DNA of 64,000 bases from the human T2T-CHM13v2.0 reference genome, Homo sapiens, in the NCBI RefSeq assembly GCF_009914755.1, contig NC_060933.1; one strand, 5' to 3'. Below are positions 26,000-39,400 of this stretch, in pieces. The stretch's first letter is position 1. Every line of letters begins with the position of its first letter. Both the position numbers and the translations under genes were made by a program. The notes beneath the pieces are model-generated. The model ran no database searches. It was not told the DNA's origin and saw only the letters and a list, made by a program, of their open reading frames with translations.

Positions 26000-28100
26000 A
26001 ATGGAATGGAATGGAATGGAATGGAATGGAATGGTATACAGAATAGAAATGAATGGAACGAAATGGAATAGAATGCATTCAACCCACTTGGAATGGAATG
26101 GAATGGAATGGAATTGTGTGGAATGGAATGGAATGGAATGGAGTGTGAAGGAATTGAATAGAATCAACCCAAATGGAATGGAATGGAATGGAATGGAATG
26201 GAATGGAATGGAATGGAATGGAATGGAATGGATTCAACCCGAATGCAATGGAATGGAATGGAATGGAATGGAATGGAATGGAATGGTATGGATTCATCCC
26301 GAAAGGAATGGAACGGAATGGAATCAACCCGATTGGAATGGCATGGAATGGAATAGAATGGAAAGGAATGGAATGGAATGGTATGTAATAGAATGGAATG
26401 GAACGAAATGGAATGAAATTGATTCAACACAACTGGAATGGAATGGAAAGGAATGGAATGGAATGGAATGGAATGGAATGGAATGGAATCAACGCGAATG
26501 GAATGGCATAGAATGGAATGGAATGGAATGGTACGGAATAGAATGGAATGGAACGAAAGGGAATGGAATGGATTCAACCAAATTGGAATGCATTGGAATG
26601 GAATGGAATTGTGTGGAATGGAATTGAATGGAATGTAGTGTAAAGGAATTGAATAGAATCAACCAGAATGGAATGAAAAGGAATGGAATGCAATGGAATG
26701 GAATGGAATGGAATGGAATCAACACGAGTGGAATGAAATGGAATGGAATGGATTGGAATGGAATGCAATGGAATGGAATGGAATGGAATGGAATGGAATC
26801 ATTCCGAGTGGAATGGAAGGGAATGTATTCGAGTGGAATGGAAAGGAATGGAATCAACCCAAGTGGAATGGAAGGGAATGGAATAGAATGGAAAGGAATA
26901 GAATGGAATCAACCGGAGTGGAATGGAACGGAAAGAATGGAATGGAATGGAATGAATGGAATGTAATCAACCCGAGTGCAATGGAAAGGAATGGAATTGA
27001 ATGGAATGCTAAGGAATACAATGGAATGGAACAAAATGGAACGGAATGGATTCACCCCAATTGGAATGGAATGGAATGGAATGGAATTGTGTGGAATGGA
27101 ATGGAATTGTTTCGAATGGAATGGATTTGAATGGAGTGTAAAGGAATTGAATAGAATCAACCCGAATGGAATGGAATGAAACGGAACGGAATGGATTGGA
27201 ATGGAATCAACCCGAGTGGAACGGCATGGAATGGAATGGAATGGAATGGAATGGAATAGAATGGAATGGAACGAAATGGAAAGGAATGGATTCAACCCGA
27301 TTGGAATGGAATAGAATGGAATGGAATTGTGTGGAATTGAATAGAATGGAATGGAGTGTAAAGGAATTGAATAGAATCAACCCGAATGGAATGGAATGGA
27401 ATGGAACGGATTGGAATGGAATGGAATGGAATGGAATGGAATGGAATAAACTCGAGTGGAATGGAATGGAATGGAATGGAATGCAATGGAGTGGAATGGA
27501 ATGGAAAGGAATGGAATCCTTCCGAGTGGAATGGAAGGGAATGAAATCGAGAGGAATGGAAAGGAATGGAATCAACCCGAGTGGAATGGAAGGGAATGCA
27601 ATGGAATGGAAAGGAATAGAATGGAATCAACCCGAGTGCTATGGAATGGAAAGGAATGGAAAGGAATGGAAAGGAATGGTACAAAATAGAATGGAATGGA
27701 ACGAAATGGTACGGAATGTTTACAACCTAATTGGAATGGAATGGAATGGAATGGAATTGTGTGGAATGGAATGCAATGGGATGCAGTGTAAAGGAATTGA
27801 ATAGAATCAACCCGAATGGAATGGAATGGAATGGAACGGAATGGAATGGAATGGAACGGAATGGAATGGAATGGAATGGAATGGAATGGAATGGAAAGGA
27901 ATCTACTAGAGTGGAATGGAATGGAATGGAATGGATTGGAATGGAATGCAATTGAAGGGAATGGATGGGAATGGAATGGAATCGAATCATTCTGAGTGGA
28001 ATGGAAGGGAATGTAATCGAGTGGAATGGAAAGGAATTGAATCAACCCGAGTGGAATGGAAGGGAATGGAATGGAATGGAAAGGAATGGAATGGAATCAA
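26000..28100 (+). repeat. ~2.1 kb block paralogous to ~39230-41520 (and ~34650-36400)
   Basis: Shared CAACGCGAATGGAATGGCATAG, TGCTAAGG, ATCCTTCCGAG (27516/36275/40920), CCGAGTGCTA, GTTTACAACCTAATT (27718/41132) and TCTACTAGAG. Confidence 0.85.
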
Positions 28101-28959
28101 CACAAGTGGAATGGAATGGAAAGGAATGGAAAGGAATGGAATGGAATGGAATCGAATGGAATGGAATGAAATCAACCCGTGAGCAATGGTACAGAATGGA
28201 ATGGAATGGAATGGAATCTACCCGAATTGAATGGAGACGAATGGAATCAACCCGAGTGGAATGGAATGGTATGGAATAGAATGGAATGGAACGAAATGGA
28301 ATGGTATGGAATAGAATGGAATGGAACGAAATGGAATGGAATGGATTCAACCCAATTGGAATGGAATGGAATCATTCCGAGTGGAATAGAAGGGAATGTA
28401 TTCGAGTGGAATGGAAAGGAATGGAATCAACCCGAGTGCAATGGAATGGAATGGAATGGAATGGAATGGAATGGAATGGAATCAACCCGAATAGAATTGA
28501 ATGAAATGGAATCAACCCGAGTGGAATGGCATGGAATGGAAAGGAATGGAAAGGAATTGAATGGTACGCAATAGAATGGAATGGAACGAAATGCAATGGA
28601 ATGGATTCAACCCGATTGGAATGGAATGGAATGGAATGAAATGGAATTGTGTGGAATTGAATAGAATGGAATGGAGTGTAAAGGAATTGAATAGAATCAA
28701 CCTGAACGGAATGGAATGGAATGGAACGGAACGGAATGGAATGGAATGGAATGGAATGGAATGGAATGGAATGGAATGGAATCAACTCGAGTGGAATGGA
28801 ATGGAATGGAATGGATTGGAATGGAATGCAATGGAAGGGAATGGAAGGGAATGGAACGGAATGGAATCATTCCGAGTGGAATGGAAGGGAATGGAATCAA
28901 GTGGAATGGAAAGGAATGGAATCAACCCGAGTGGAACGGAAGGGAATGGAATGGAAAGG

Positions 28960-29072
28960 AATGGAGTGGAATCAACCCGAGTGGAATGGAATGGAAATGA
29001 ATGGAAAGGAAAGGAATGGAGTGGAATCAACCCGAGTGGAATGGAATGGAAATGAATGGAAAGGAAAGGAAT
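28960..29072 (+). repeat. 55 bp tandem duplication private to this module-B copy
   Basis: ATCAACCCGAGTGGAATGGAATGGAAATGAATGGAAAGGAAAGG at 28971 and 29026; single in the paralogues at ~2058, ~47550 and ~53774. Confidence 0.85.
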
Positions 29073-29239
29073 GCAATGGAATGGAATGGAATGGAATGGA
29101 ATGGAATCAACCCGAGAACAATGGTATGGAATGGAATGGAATGGAAAGGAATGGAATGGAAGGGAATGGAATCAACCCGAATGGAATGGAATGGAAAGGA
29201 ATCAACCCGAGTGGAATGGAATGGAATGGATTGGAATGG

Positions 29240-31700
29240 AATGGAATGGAATGGAATGGAATACTATCATTCCGAGTTGAATAGAAGGGAATGTATTCGA
29301 GTGGAATGGAAAGGAATGGAATCACCCCTAGAGGAATGCAAAGGAATGGAATGGAATGGAAAAGAAAAGAATGGAATCAACTAGAGTGGAATGGAATGGA
29401 AAGGAAAGGAATGGAATGGAATGGAATGGAATGGAATGGAATGAAATGGAACCAACTCGAATGCAATGGAATGGAATGGAGTGGAATGGAATGGAATGGA
29501 ATCAACCCGAATAGAATGGAATGAATTGGATTCAACCCCAGTGGAATGGCATGGAATGGAAAGGAATGGAATGGAATTGAATGGTACGGAATCGAATGGA
29601 ATGGAACGAAATGGAATGAAATTGATTCAACCCAAACGGAATGGAATGGAATGAAATGGAATGGAATGGAATGGAATCAACCCGACTGCAATTGAATGGA
29701 ATGGAACGAAATGGAATGAAATGGATTCAACCCAAATGGAATGGAATGGAATGAAATGGAATTGTGCGTAATGGAATGGAATGGAATGGAATGGAATGGA
29801 ATGGAATGGAATGGAATGGAATCTACCAGAAAGGAATGGAATGGAATGGAATGGAATGGAATGGAATGGAATGGAATGGAATGGAATGGATTGTACCCGA
29901 ATGGAATGGAATGGAATGGAATGGAATTGTATGGCGTGGAATGGAATGAAACGGAATAGAATGGAATGGAATCAAATCACATGGAATGGAATGGAATGGA
30001 ATTGAATCAAACAGAGTGGACTGGAATGGAATGGAATGGAATGGAATGGAATGGAATGGAATGGAATCATCCCGAATGGAATGGAGTGGAATGGAATGGA
30101 ATGGAATGGAATGTAGTGGAATGGAATGGAATGGAATGGAATGTAGTGGAATGGAATGGAATCAACCCGAGTGCAATGGAATGGAATGGAACGGAATGGA
30201 ATGGAATATAATCAACCCGAATGGAATGGAATGGAAAGGAATCAACCCGAGTGGAATGGCATGGAAGGGAAGGGAATGGAATGGAATGGAATGGAATGGA
30301 AAAGAATAGAATGGAATGGAACGAAATGGAATGGAATGGATTCAACCCTATTGGAATGGAATGGAATGGAATGGAATGGATTGGAATGGAATGCAATGGA
30401 ATGGAATGGAATGGAATGGTATCATTCCGAGTGGAATGGAAGGGAATGTAATCGAGTGGAATGGAAAGGAATGGAATCAACCCGAGTGCAATGTAATGTA
30501 ATGGAATGGAATGGAATGGAATGGAATGGAATGCAATCATTGCGAGTGGAATGGAAGGGAAAGTAATCGAGTGGAATGGAAAGGAATGGAATCAACCCGA
30601 GTGCAATGGAATGGAATGTAATGGAATCTACCAGAATGGAATGGAATGGAATGGAATGGAAGCGAATGGAACGGAATGGGTTGTACCCGAGTGGAATGTA
30701 ATATAATGGAATTGTATGGCGTGGAATGGAATGAAACGGAATAGAATGGAATGGAATCAAATCGCGTGGAATGGAATGGAATGGAACTGAGTCAAACAGA
30801 GTGGAATGGAATGGAATGGAATGGAATGGAATGGAATGGAATGGAATGGAATCACCCCAAATGGAATGGAGTGGAATGGAATGGAATAGATTGGAATGGA
30901 ATGCAATGGAATGGAATGGAATGGAATGGAATGGAATGGAATCAACACGAGTGCAATAGAATGGAATCGAAAAGAATGGAATGGAATGGAATGGATTCAA
31001 CCCGAATGCAGTGGAAAGGAATGGAATCAAGCAGAGTGGAATGGCATGGAATTGAATGGAATGCAATGGAATGGAATGGTACTGAATAGAATGGAATGGA
31101 ACGAAATGGAATGGAATGGAATGGAATGGAATGGAATGGAATGGAATGGAATGGAATGGAATGAAATTGTGTGGAATGGAATGGAATGGAATGGAGTGAA
31201 AAGAATTGAATCGAATCAACCCGAATACAATGGAATGGAACGGAATGCAATGGAATGGAATGGAATGGAATGGAATGGAATGGAATGGAATGGAATAGTA
31301 CGGAATAGAATGGAATGGAAAGAAATGGAATGGAATGGATTCAACCCAATTTGAATGGAATGGAATGGAATGGAATGGAATTGTGTGGAATGGAATGGAA
31401 TGCAATGGAGTGTAAAGAATTGAATAGAATCAACCCGAATGGAATGGAATGGAATGGAATGGAATGGAATGCAATGGAATGGAATGGAATGGAATCAGCT
31501 CGAGTGGAATGGCATGCTATGGAATGGATTGGAATGGAATGCAATGGAATGGAATGGAATCATTCCGAGTGGAATGGAAGGGAATGTAACCGAGTAGAAT
31601 GGAAAGGAATGGAATCAACCCGAGTGGAATGGAAGGGAATGGAATAGAATGGAAAGGGATGGAATGGAATCAACCCGAGTGGAATGGAATGGAATGGAAT
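29240..31700 (+). repeat. ~2.46 kb unit tandemly followed by its longer paralogue (~31700-34610)
   Basis: CTAGAGGAATGC at 29328/31791 (offset 2463); TATAATC 30207/32610; this copy lacks ~0.5 kb that is present at ~33580-34050. Confidence 0.85.
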
Positions 31701-31854
31701 GGAGTGGAATGGAATGGAATGGAATACAATCATTCCGAGTTGAATAGAAGGGAATGTGTTCGAGTGGAATGGAAAGGAATGGAATCACCCCTAGAGGAAT
31801 GCAAGGGAATGGAATGGAATGGAAAAGAAAAGAATGGAATCAACTAGAGTGGAA

Positions 31855-34800
31855 TGGAATGGAAAGGAAAGGAATGGAATGGAATGGAATGGAATGAAAT
31901 AGAACCAACTCGAATGCAATGGAATGGAATGGAGTGGAATGGAATGGAATGGAATCAACCCGAATAGAATGGAATGAATTGGAATCAACCCCAGTGGAAT
32001 GGCATGGAATGGAAAGGAATGGAATGGAATTGAATGGTACGGAATCGAATGGAATGCAACGAAACGGAATGAAATTGATTCAACCCAACCGGAATGGAAT
32101 GGAATGAAATGGAATGGAATGGAATGGAATCAACCCGACTGCAATTGAATGGAATGGAACGAAATGGAATGAAATGGATTCAACCCAAATGGAATGGAAT
32201 GGAATGAAATGGAATTGTGCGTAATGGAATGGAATGGAATGGAATGGAATGGAATGGAATGGAATGGAATCTACCAGAAAGGAATGGAATGGAATGGAAT
32301 GGAATGGAATGGAATGGAATGGATTGTACCCGAATGGAATGGAATGGAATGGAATGGAATTGTATGGCGTGGAATGGAATGAAACGGAATAGAATGGAAT
32401 GGAATCAAATCACATGGAATGGAATGGAATGGAATTGAATCAAACAGAGTGGACTGGAATGGAATGGAATGGAATGCAATGGAACGGAATGGAATGGAAT
32501 CATCCCAAATGGAATGGAGTGGAATGGAATGGAATGGAATGGAATGTAGTGGAATGGAATGGAATCAACCCGAGTGCAATGGAATGGAATGGAACGGAAT
32601 GGAATGGAATATAATCAACCCGAATGGAATGGAATGGAAAGGAATCAACCCGAGTGGAATGGCATGGAATGGAATGGAATGGAAAAGAATAGAATGGAAT
32701 GGAACAAAATAGAATGGAATGGATTCAACCCTATTGGAATGGAATGGAATGGAATGGAATGGATTGGAATGGAATGCAATGGAATGGAATGGAATGGAAT
32801 GGTATCATTCCGAGTGGAATGGAAGGGAATGTAATCGAGTGGAATGGAAAGGAATGGAATCAACCCGAGTGCAATGTAATGTAATGTAATGTAATGGAAT
32901 GGAATGGAATCGAATGGAATGGAATGGAATGGAATGGAATGGAATGGAATGCAATCATTGCGAGTGGAATGGAAGGGAATGTAATCGAGTGGAATGGAAA
33001 GGAATGGAATCAACCCGAGTGCAATGGAATGGAATGGAATGGAATGGAATGGAATCTACCAGAATGGAATGGAATGGAATGGAATGGAATGGAAGCGAAT
33101 CGAACGGAATGGGTTGTACCCGAGTGGAATGTAATATAATGGAATTTTATGGCGTGGAATGGAATGAAACGGAATAGAATGGAATGGAATCAAATCGCGT
33201 GGAATGGAATGGAATGGAACTGAATCAAACAGAGTGGAATGGAATGGAATGGAATGGAATGGAATGGAATGGAATGGAATGGAATTGAATCACCCCGAAT
33301 GGAATGGAGTGGAATGGAATGGAATGGAATGGAATGGAATGGAATGGAATGGAATGGAATGGAATCAACACGAGTGCAATAGAATGGAATCGAAAAGAAT
33401 GGAATGGAATGGAATGGATTCAACCCGAATGCAGTGGAAAGGAATGGAATCAAGCAGAGTGGAATGGCATGGAATTGAATGGAATGCAATGGAATGGAAT
33501 GGAATGGAATGGTACTGAATAGAATGGAATGGAACGAAATGGAATGGAATGGAATGGAATGGAATGGAATGGAATGGAATCAACCCGAATAGAATGGAAT
33601 GAAATGGAATCAACCCGAGTGGAATGGCGTGGAATGGAAAGGAATGGAATGGAATGGAATGCTACGTAATAGAATGGAATGGAACGAAATGGAATGGAAT
33701 GGATTCAACCCAATTGGAATGGACTGGAATGGAATGGAATCATTCCGAGTGGAATAGAAGGGAATATATTCGAGTGGAATGGAAAAGAATAGAATCAACC
33801 CGAGTGGAATGGAAGTGAATGGAATGGAAAGGAAAGTAATAGAATGGAATCAAGCCGAGTGGAATGGAATGGAATGGAATGGAATGGAATGGAATGGAAC
33901 GGAATCAACTCGAGTGCAACGGAATGGAATGGAATGGAATGGAATGGAATGGAATGGAATGGAATGGAATCAACCCGAATAGAATGGAATTGAATGGAAT
34001 CAACCCGAGTGGAATGGCATGGAATGGAAAGGAATGGAATGGAATGGAATGGAATGGAATGGAATGGAATGGAATGGAATGGAATTGTGTGGAATGGAAT
34101 GGAATGGAATGGAGTGTAAAGAATTGAATCGAATCAACCCGAATACAATGGAATGGAACGGAATGCAATGGAATGGAATGGAATGGAATGGAATGGAATG
34201 GAATGGAATGGAATGCAATAGTACGGAATAGAATGGAATGGAAAGAAATGGAATGGAATGGATTCAACCCAATTTGAATGGAATGGAATGGAATGGAATG
34301 GAATGGAATTGTGTGGAATGGAATGGAATGCAATGGAGTGTAAAGAATTGAATAGAATCAACCGGAATGCAATGGAATGGAATGGAATGGAATGGAATGG
34401 AATGGAATGGAATCAGCTCGAGTGGAATGGCATGGTATGGAATGGAATGGAATGGAATGCAATGGAATGGAATGGAATCATTCCGAGTGGAATGGAAGGG
34501 AATGTAACCGAGTAGAATGGAAAGGAATGGAATCAACCCGAGTGGAATGGAAGGGAATGGAATGGAATGGAAAGGAATAGAATGGAATCAACCCGAGTGG
34601 AATGGAATGGAATGGAATGGAATTGAAGGAAATCAACCCGAGTAGAATGGCATGGAATGGAATAGAATGTAATGGAATGGAATGGTACAGAATAGAAATG
34701 AATGGAACAAAATGGAATAGAATGCATTCAACCCACTTGGAATGGAATGGAATGGAATGGAATTGTGTGGAATGGAATGGAATGGAATGGAGTGTAAAGA

Positions 34801-36435
34801 ATTGAATAGAATCAACCCGAATGGAATGGAATGGATTGGAATGGAATAGAATGGAATGGAATGGAATGCAATGGAATGGAATGGAATGGAATCAGCTCGA
34901 GTGGAATGGCATGGTATGGAATGGATTGGAATGGAATGCAATGGAATGGAATGGAATCATTCCGAGTGGAATGGAAGGGAATGTAACCGAGTAGAATGGA
35001 AAGGAATGGAATCAACCCGAGTGGAATGGAAGGGAATGGAATGGAATGGAATGGAATGGAATGGAATCAACCCGAATGCAATGGAATGGAATGGAATGGA
35101 ATGGAATGGAATGGAATGGAATGGATTCAACCGGAAAGGAATGGAACGGAATGGAATCAACCCGATTGGAATGGCATGGAATGGAATAGCATGGAAAGGA
35201 ATGGAATGGAATGGTACGTAATAGAATGGAATGGAACGAAATGGAATGGAATTGATTCAACACAACTGGAATGGAATGGAAAGGAATGGAATGGAATGGA
35301 ATGGAATGGAATGGAATCAACGCGAATGGAATGGCATAGAATGGAATGGAATGGAATGGTACGGAATAGAATGGAATGGAACGAAAGGGAATGGAATGGA
35401 TTCAACCAAATTGGAATGCATTGGAATGGAAAGGAATTGTGTGGAATGGAATTCAATGGAATGTAGTGTAAAGGAATTGAATAGAATCAACCAGAATGGA
35501 ATGAAAAGGAATGGAATGCAATGGAATGGAATGGAATGGAATGGAATGGAATCATTCCGAGTGGAATGGAAGGGAATGTATTCGAGTGGAATGGAAAGGA
35601 ATGGAATCAACCCGAGTGGAATGGAAGGGAATGGAATAGAATGGAAAGGAATAGAATGGAATCAACCGGAGTGGAATGGAATGGAAAGGAATGGAATGGA
35701 ATGGAATGAATGGAATGTAATCAACCCGAGTGCAATGGAAAGGAATGGAATTGAATGGAATGCTAAGGAATAGAATGGAATGGAACAAAATGGAACGGAA
35801 TGGATTCACCCCAATAGGAATGGAATGGAATGGAATGGAATTGTGTGTAATGGAATGGAATTGTTTCGAATGGAATGGATTTGAATGGAGTGTAAATGAA
35901 TTGAATAGAATCAACCCGAATGGAATGGAATGAAATGAAACGGAACGGAATGGATTGGAATGGAATCAACCCGAGTGGAACGGCATGGAATGGAATGGAA
36001 TGGAATAGAATGGAATGGAACGAAATGGAAAGGAAAGGATTCAACCCGATTGGAATGGAATGGAATGGAATGGAATTGTGTGGAATTGAATAGAATGGAA
36101 TGGAGTGTAAAGGAATTGAATAGAATCAACCCGAATGGAATGGAATGGAATGGAACGGGTTGGAATGGAATGGAATGGAATGGAATGGAATGGAATAAAC
36201 TCGAGTGGAATGGAATGGAATGGAATGGATTGGAATGAAATGCAATGGAGTGGAATGGAATGGAAAGGAATGGAATCCTTCCGAGTGGAATGGAAGGGAA
36301 TGAAATCGAGAGGAATGGAAAGGAATGGAATCAACCCGAGTGGAATGGAAGGGAATGCAATGGAATGGAAAGGAATGGAATGGAATCAACCCGAGTGCTA
36401 TGGAATGGAATGGAATGGAATGGAATGGAATGGAA
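31855..36435 (+). repeat. ~4.6 kb tandem duplication, unit 1
   Basis: TATAATC 32610/37196; GCTACGTAAT 33661/38267; TTGAAGGAAATC 34623/39199; TGCTAAGG 35761/40391; TGGAACGGGT 36151/40791; CCGAGTGCTA 36391/41036 (offsets 4576-4645). Confidence 0.92.
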
Positions 36436-39400
36436 TGGAAAGGAAAGGAATGGAATGGAATGGAATGGAATGGAATGGAATGAAACGGAACCAACTCGAA
36501 TGCAATGGAATGGAATGGAGTGGAATGGAATGGAATGGAATCAACCCGAATAGAATGGAATGAATTGGAATCAACCCCAGTGGAATGGCATGGAATGGAA
36601 AGGAATGGAATGGAATTGAATGGTACGGAATCGAATGGAATGGAACGAAACGGAATGAAATTGATTCAACCCAACCGGAATGGAATGGAATGAAATGGAA
36701 TGGAATGGAATGGAATCAACCCGACTGCAATTGAATGGAATGGAACGAAATGGAATGAAATGGATTCAACCCAAATGGAATGGAATGGAATGAAATGGAA
36801 TTGTGCGTAATGGAATGGAATGGAATGGAATGGAATGGAATGGAATGGAATGGAATCTACCAGAAAGGAATGGAATGGAATGGAATGGAATGGAATGGAA
36901 TGGATTGTACCCGAATGGAATGGAATGGAATGGAATGGAATTGTATGGCGTGGAATGGAATGAAACGGAATAGAATGGAATGGAATCAAATCACATGGAA
37001 TGGAATGGAATGGAATTGAATCAAACAGAGTGGACTGGAATGGAATGGAATGGAATGCAATGGAACGGAATGGAATGGAATCATCCCGAATGGAATGGAG
37101 TGGAATGGAATGGAATGGAATGGAATGGAATGTAGTGGAATGGAATGGAATCAACCCGAGTGCAATGGAATGGAATAGAACGGAATGGAATGGAATATAA
37201 TCAACCCGAATGGAATGGAATGGAAAGGAATCAACCCGAGTGGAATGGCATGGAATGGAATGGAATGGAATGGAATGGAAAAGAATAGAATGGAATGGAA
37301 CGAAATAGAATGGAATGGATTCAACCCTATTGGAATGGAATGGAATGGAATGGAATGGAATGGAATGGATTGGAATGGAATGCAATGGAATGGAATGGAA
37401 TGGAATGGTATCATTCCGAGTGGAATGGAAGGGAATGTAATCGAGTGGAATGGAAAGGAATGGAATCAACCCGAGTGCAATGTAATGTAATGTAATGTAA
37501 TGTAATGGAATGGAATGGAATGGAATGGAATGGAATGGAATGCAATCATTGCGAGTGGAATGGAAGGGAATGTAATCGAGTGGAATGGAAAGGAATGGAA
37601 TCAACCCGAGTACAATGGAATGGAATGTAATGGAATGGAATCTACCAGAATGGAATGGAATGGAATGGAATGGAATGGAAGCGAATGGAACGGAATGGGT
37701 TGTACCCGAGTGGAATGTAATATAATGGAATTTTATGGCGTGGAATGGAATGAAACGGAATAGAATGGAATGGAATCAAATCGCGTGGAATGGAATGGAA
37801 TGGAACTGAATCAAACAGAGTGGAATGGAATGGAATGGAATGGAATGGAATGGAATGGAATGGAATGGAATGGAATGGAATCACCCCGAATGGAATGGAG
37901 TGGAATGGAATGGAATAGAATGGAATGGAATGGAATGGAATGGAATGGAATGGAATGGAATCAACACGAGTGCAATAGAATGGAATCGAAAAGAATGGAA
38001 TGGAATGGAATGGATTCAACCCGAATGCAGTGGAAAGGAATGGAATCAAGCAGAGTGGAATGGCATGGAATTGAATGGAATGCAATGGAATGGAATGGAA
38101 TGGTACTGAATAGAATGGAATGGAACGAAATGGAATGGAATGGAATGGAATGGAATGGAATGGAATGGAATGGAATGGAATGGAATCAACCCGAATAGAA
38201 TGGAATGAAATGGAATCAACCCGAGTGGAATGGCGTGGAATGGAAAGGAATGGAATGGAATGGAATGCTACGTAATAGAATGGAATGGAACGAAATGGAA
38301 TGGAATGGATTCAACCCAATTGGAATGGAATGGAATGGAATGGAATCATTCCGAGTGGAATAGAAGGGAATATATTCGAGTGGAATGGAAAAGAATAGAA
38401 TCAACCCGAGTGGAATGGAAGTGAATGGAATGGAAAGGAAAGTAATAGAATGGAATCAAGCCGAGTGGAATGGAATGGAATGGAGTGGAATGGAATGGAA
38501 TGGAACGGAATCAACTCGAGTGCAACGGAATGGAATGGAATGGAATGGAATGGAATGGAATGGAATCAACCCGAATAGAATGGAATTGAATGGAATCAAC
38601 CCGAGTGGAATGGCATGGAATGGAAAGGAATGGAATGGAATGGAATTGTGTGGAATGGAATGGAATGGAGTGTAAAGAATTGAATCGAATCAACCCGAAT
38701 ACAATGGAATGGAACGGAATGCAATGGAATGGAATGGAGTGGAATGGAATGGAATGGAATGGAATGGAATGGAATGGAATGGAATGGAATGCAATAGTAC
38801 GGAATAGAATGGAATGGAAAGAAATGGAATGGAATGGATTCAACCCAATTTGAATGGAATGGAATGGAATGGAATGGAATGGAATTGTGTGGAATGGAAT
38901 GGAATGCCATGGAGTGTAAAGAATTGAATAGAATCAACCCGAATGGAATGGAATGGAATGGAATGGAATGGAATGGAATGGAATGGAATCAGCTCGAGTG
39001 GAATGGCATGGTATGGAATGGAATGGAATGGAATGCAATGGAATGGAATGGAATCATTCCGAGTGGAATGGAAGGGAATGTAACCGAGTAGAATGGAAAG
39101 GAATGGAATCAACCCGAGTGGAATGGAAGGGAATGGAATGGAATGGAAAGGAATAGAAAGGAATCCACCCGAGTGGAATGGAATGGAATGGAATGGAATT
39201 GAAGGAAATCAACCCGAGTAGAATGGCATGGAATGGAATAGAATGCAATGGAATGGAATGGTACAGAATAGAAATGAATGGAACGAAATGGAATAGAATG
39301 CATTCAACCCACTTGGAATGGAATGGAATGGAATGGAATTGTGTGGAATGGAATGGAATGGAATGGAGTGTAAAGAATTGAATAGAATCAACCCGAATGG

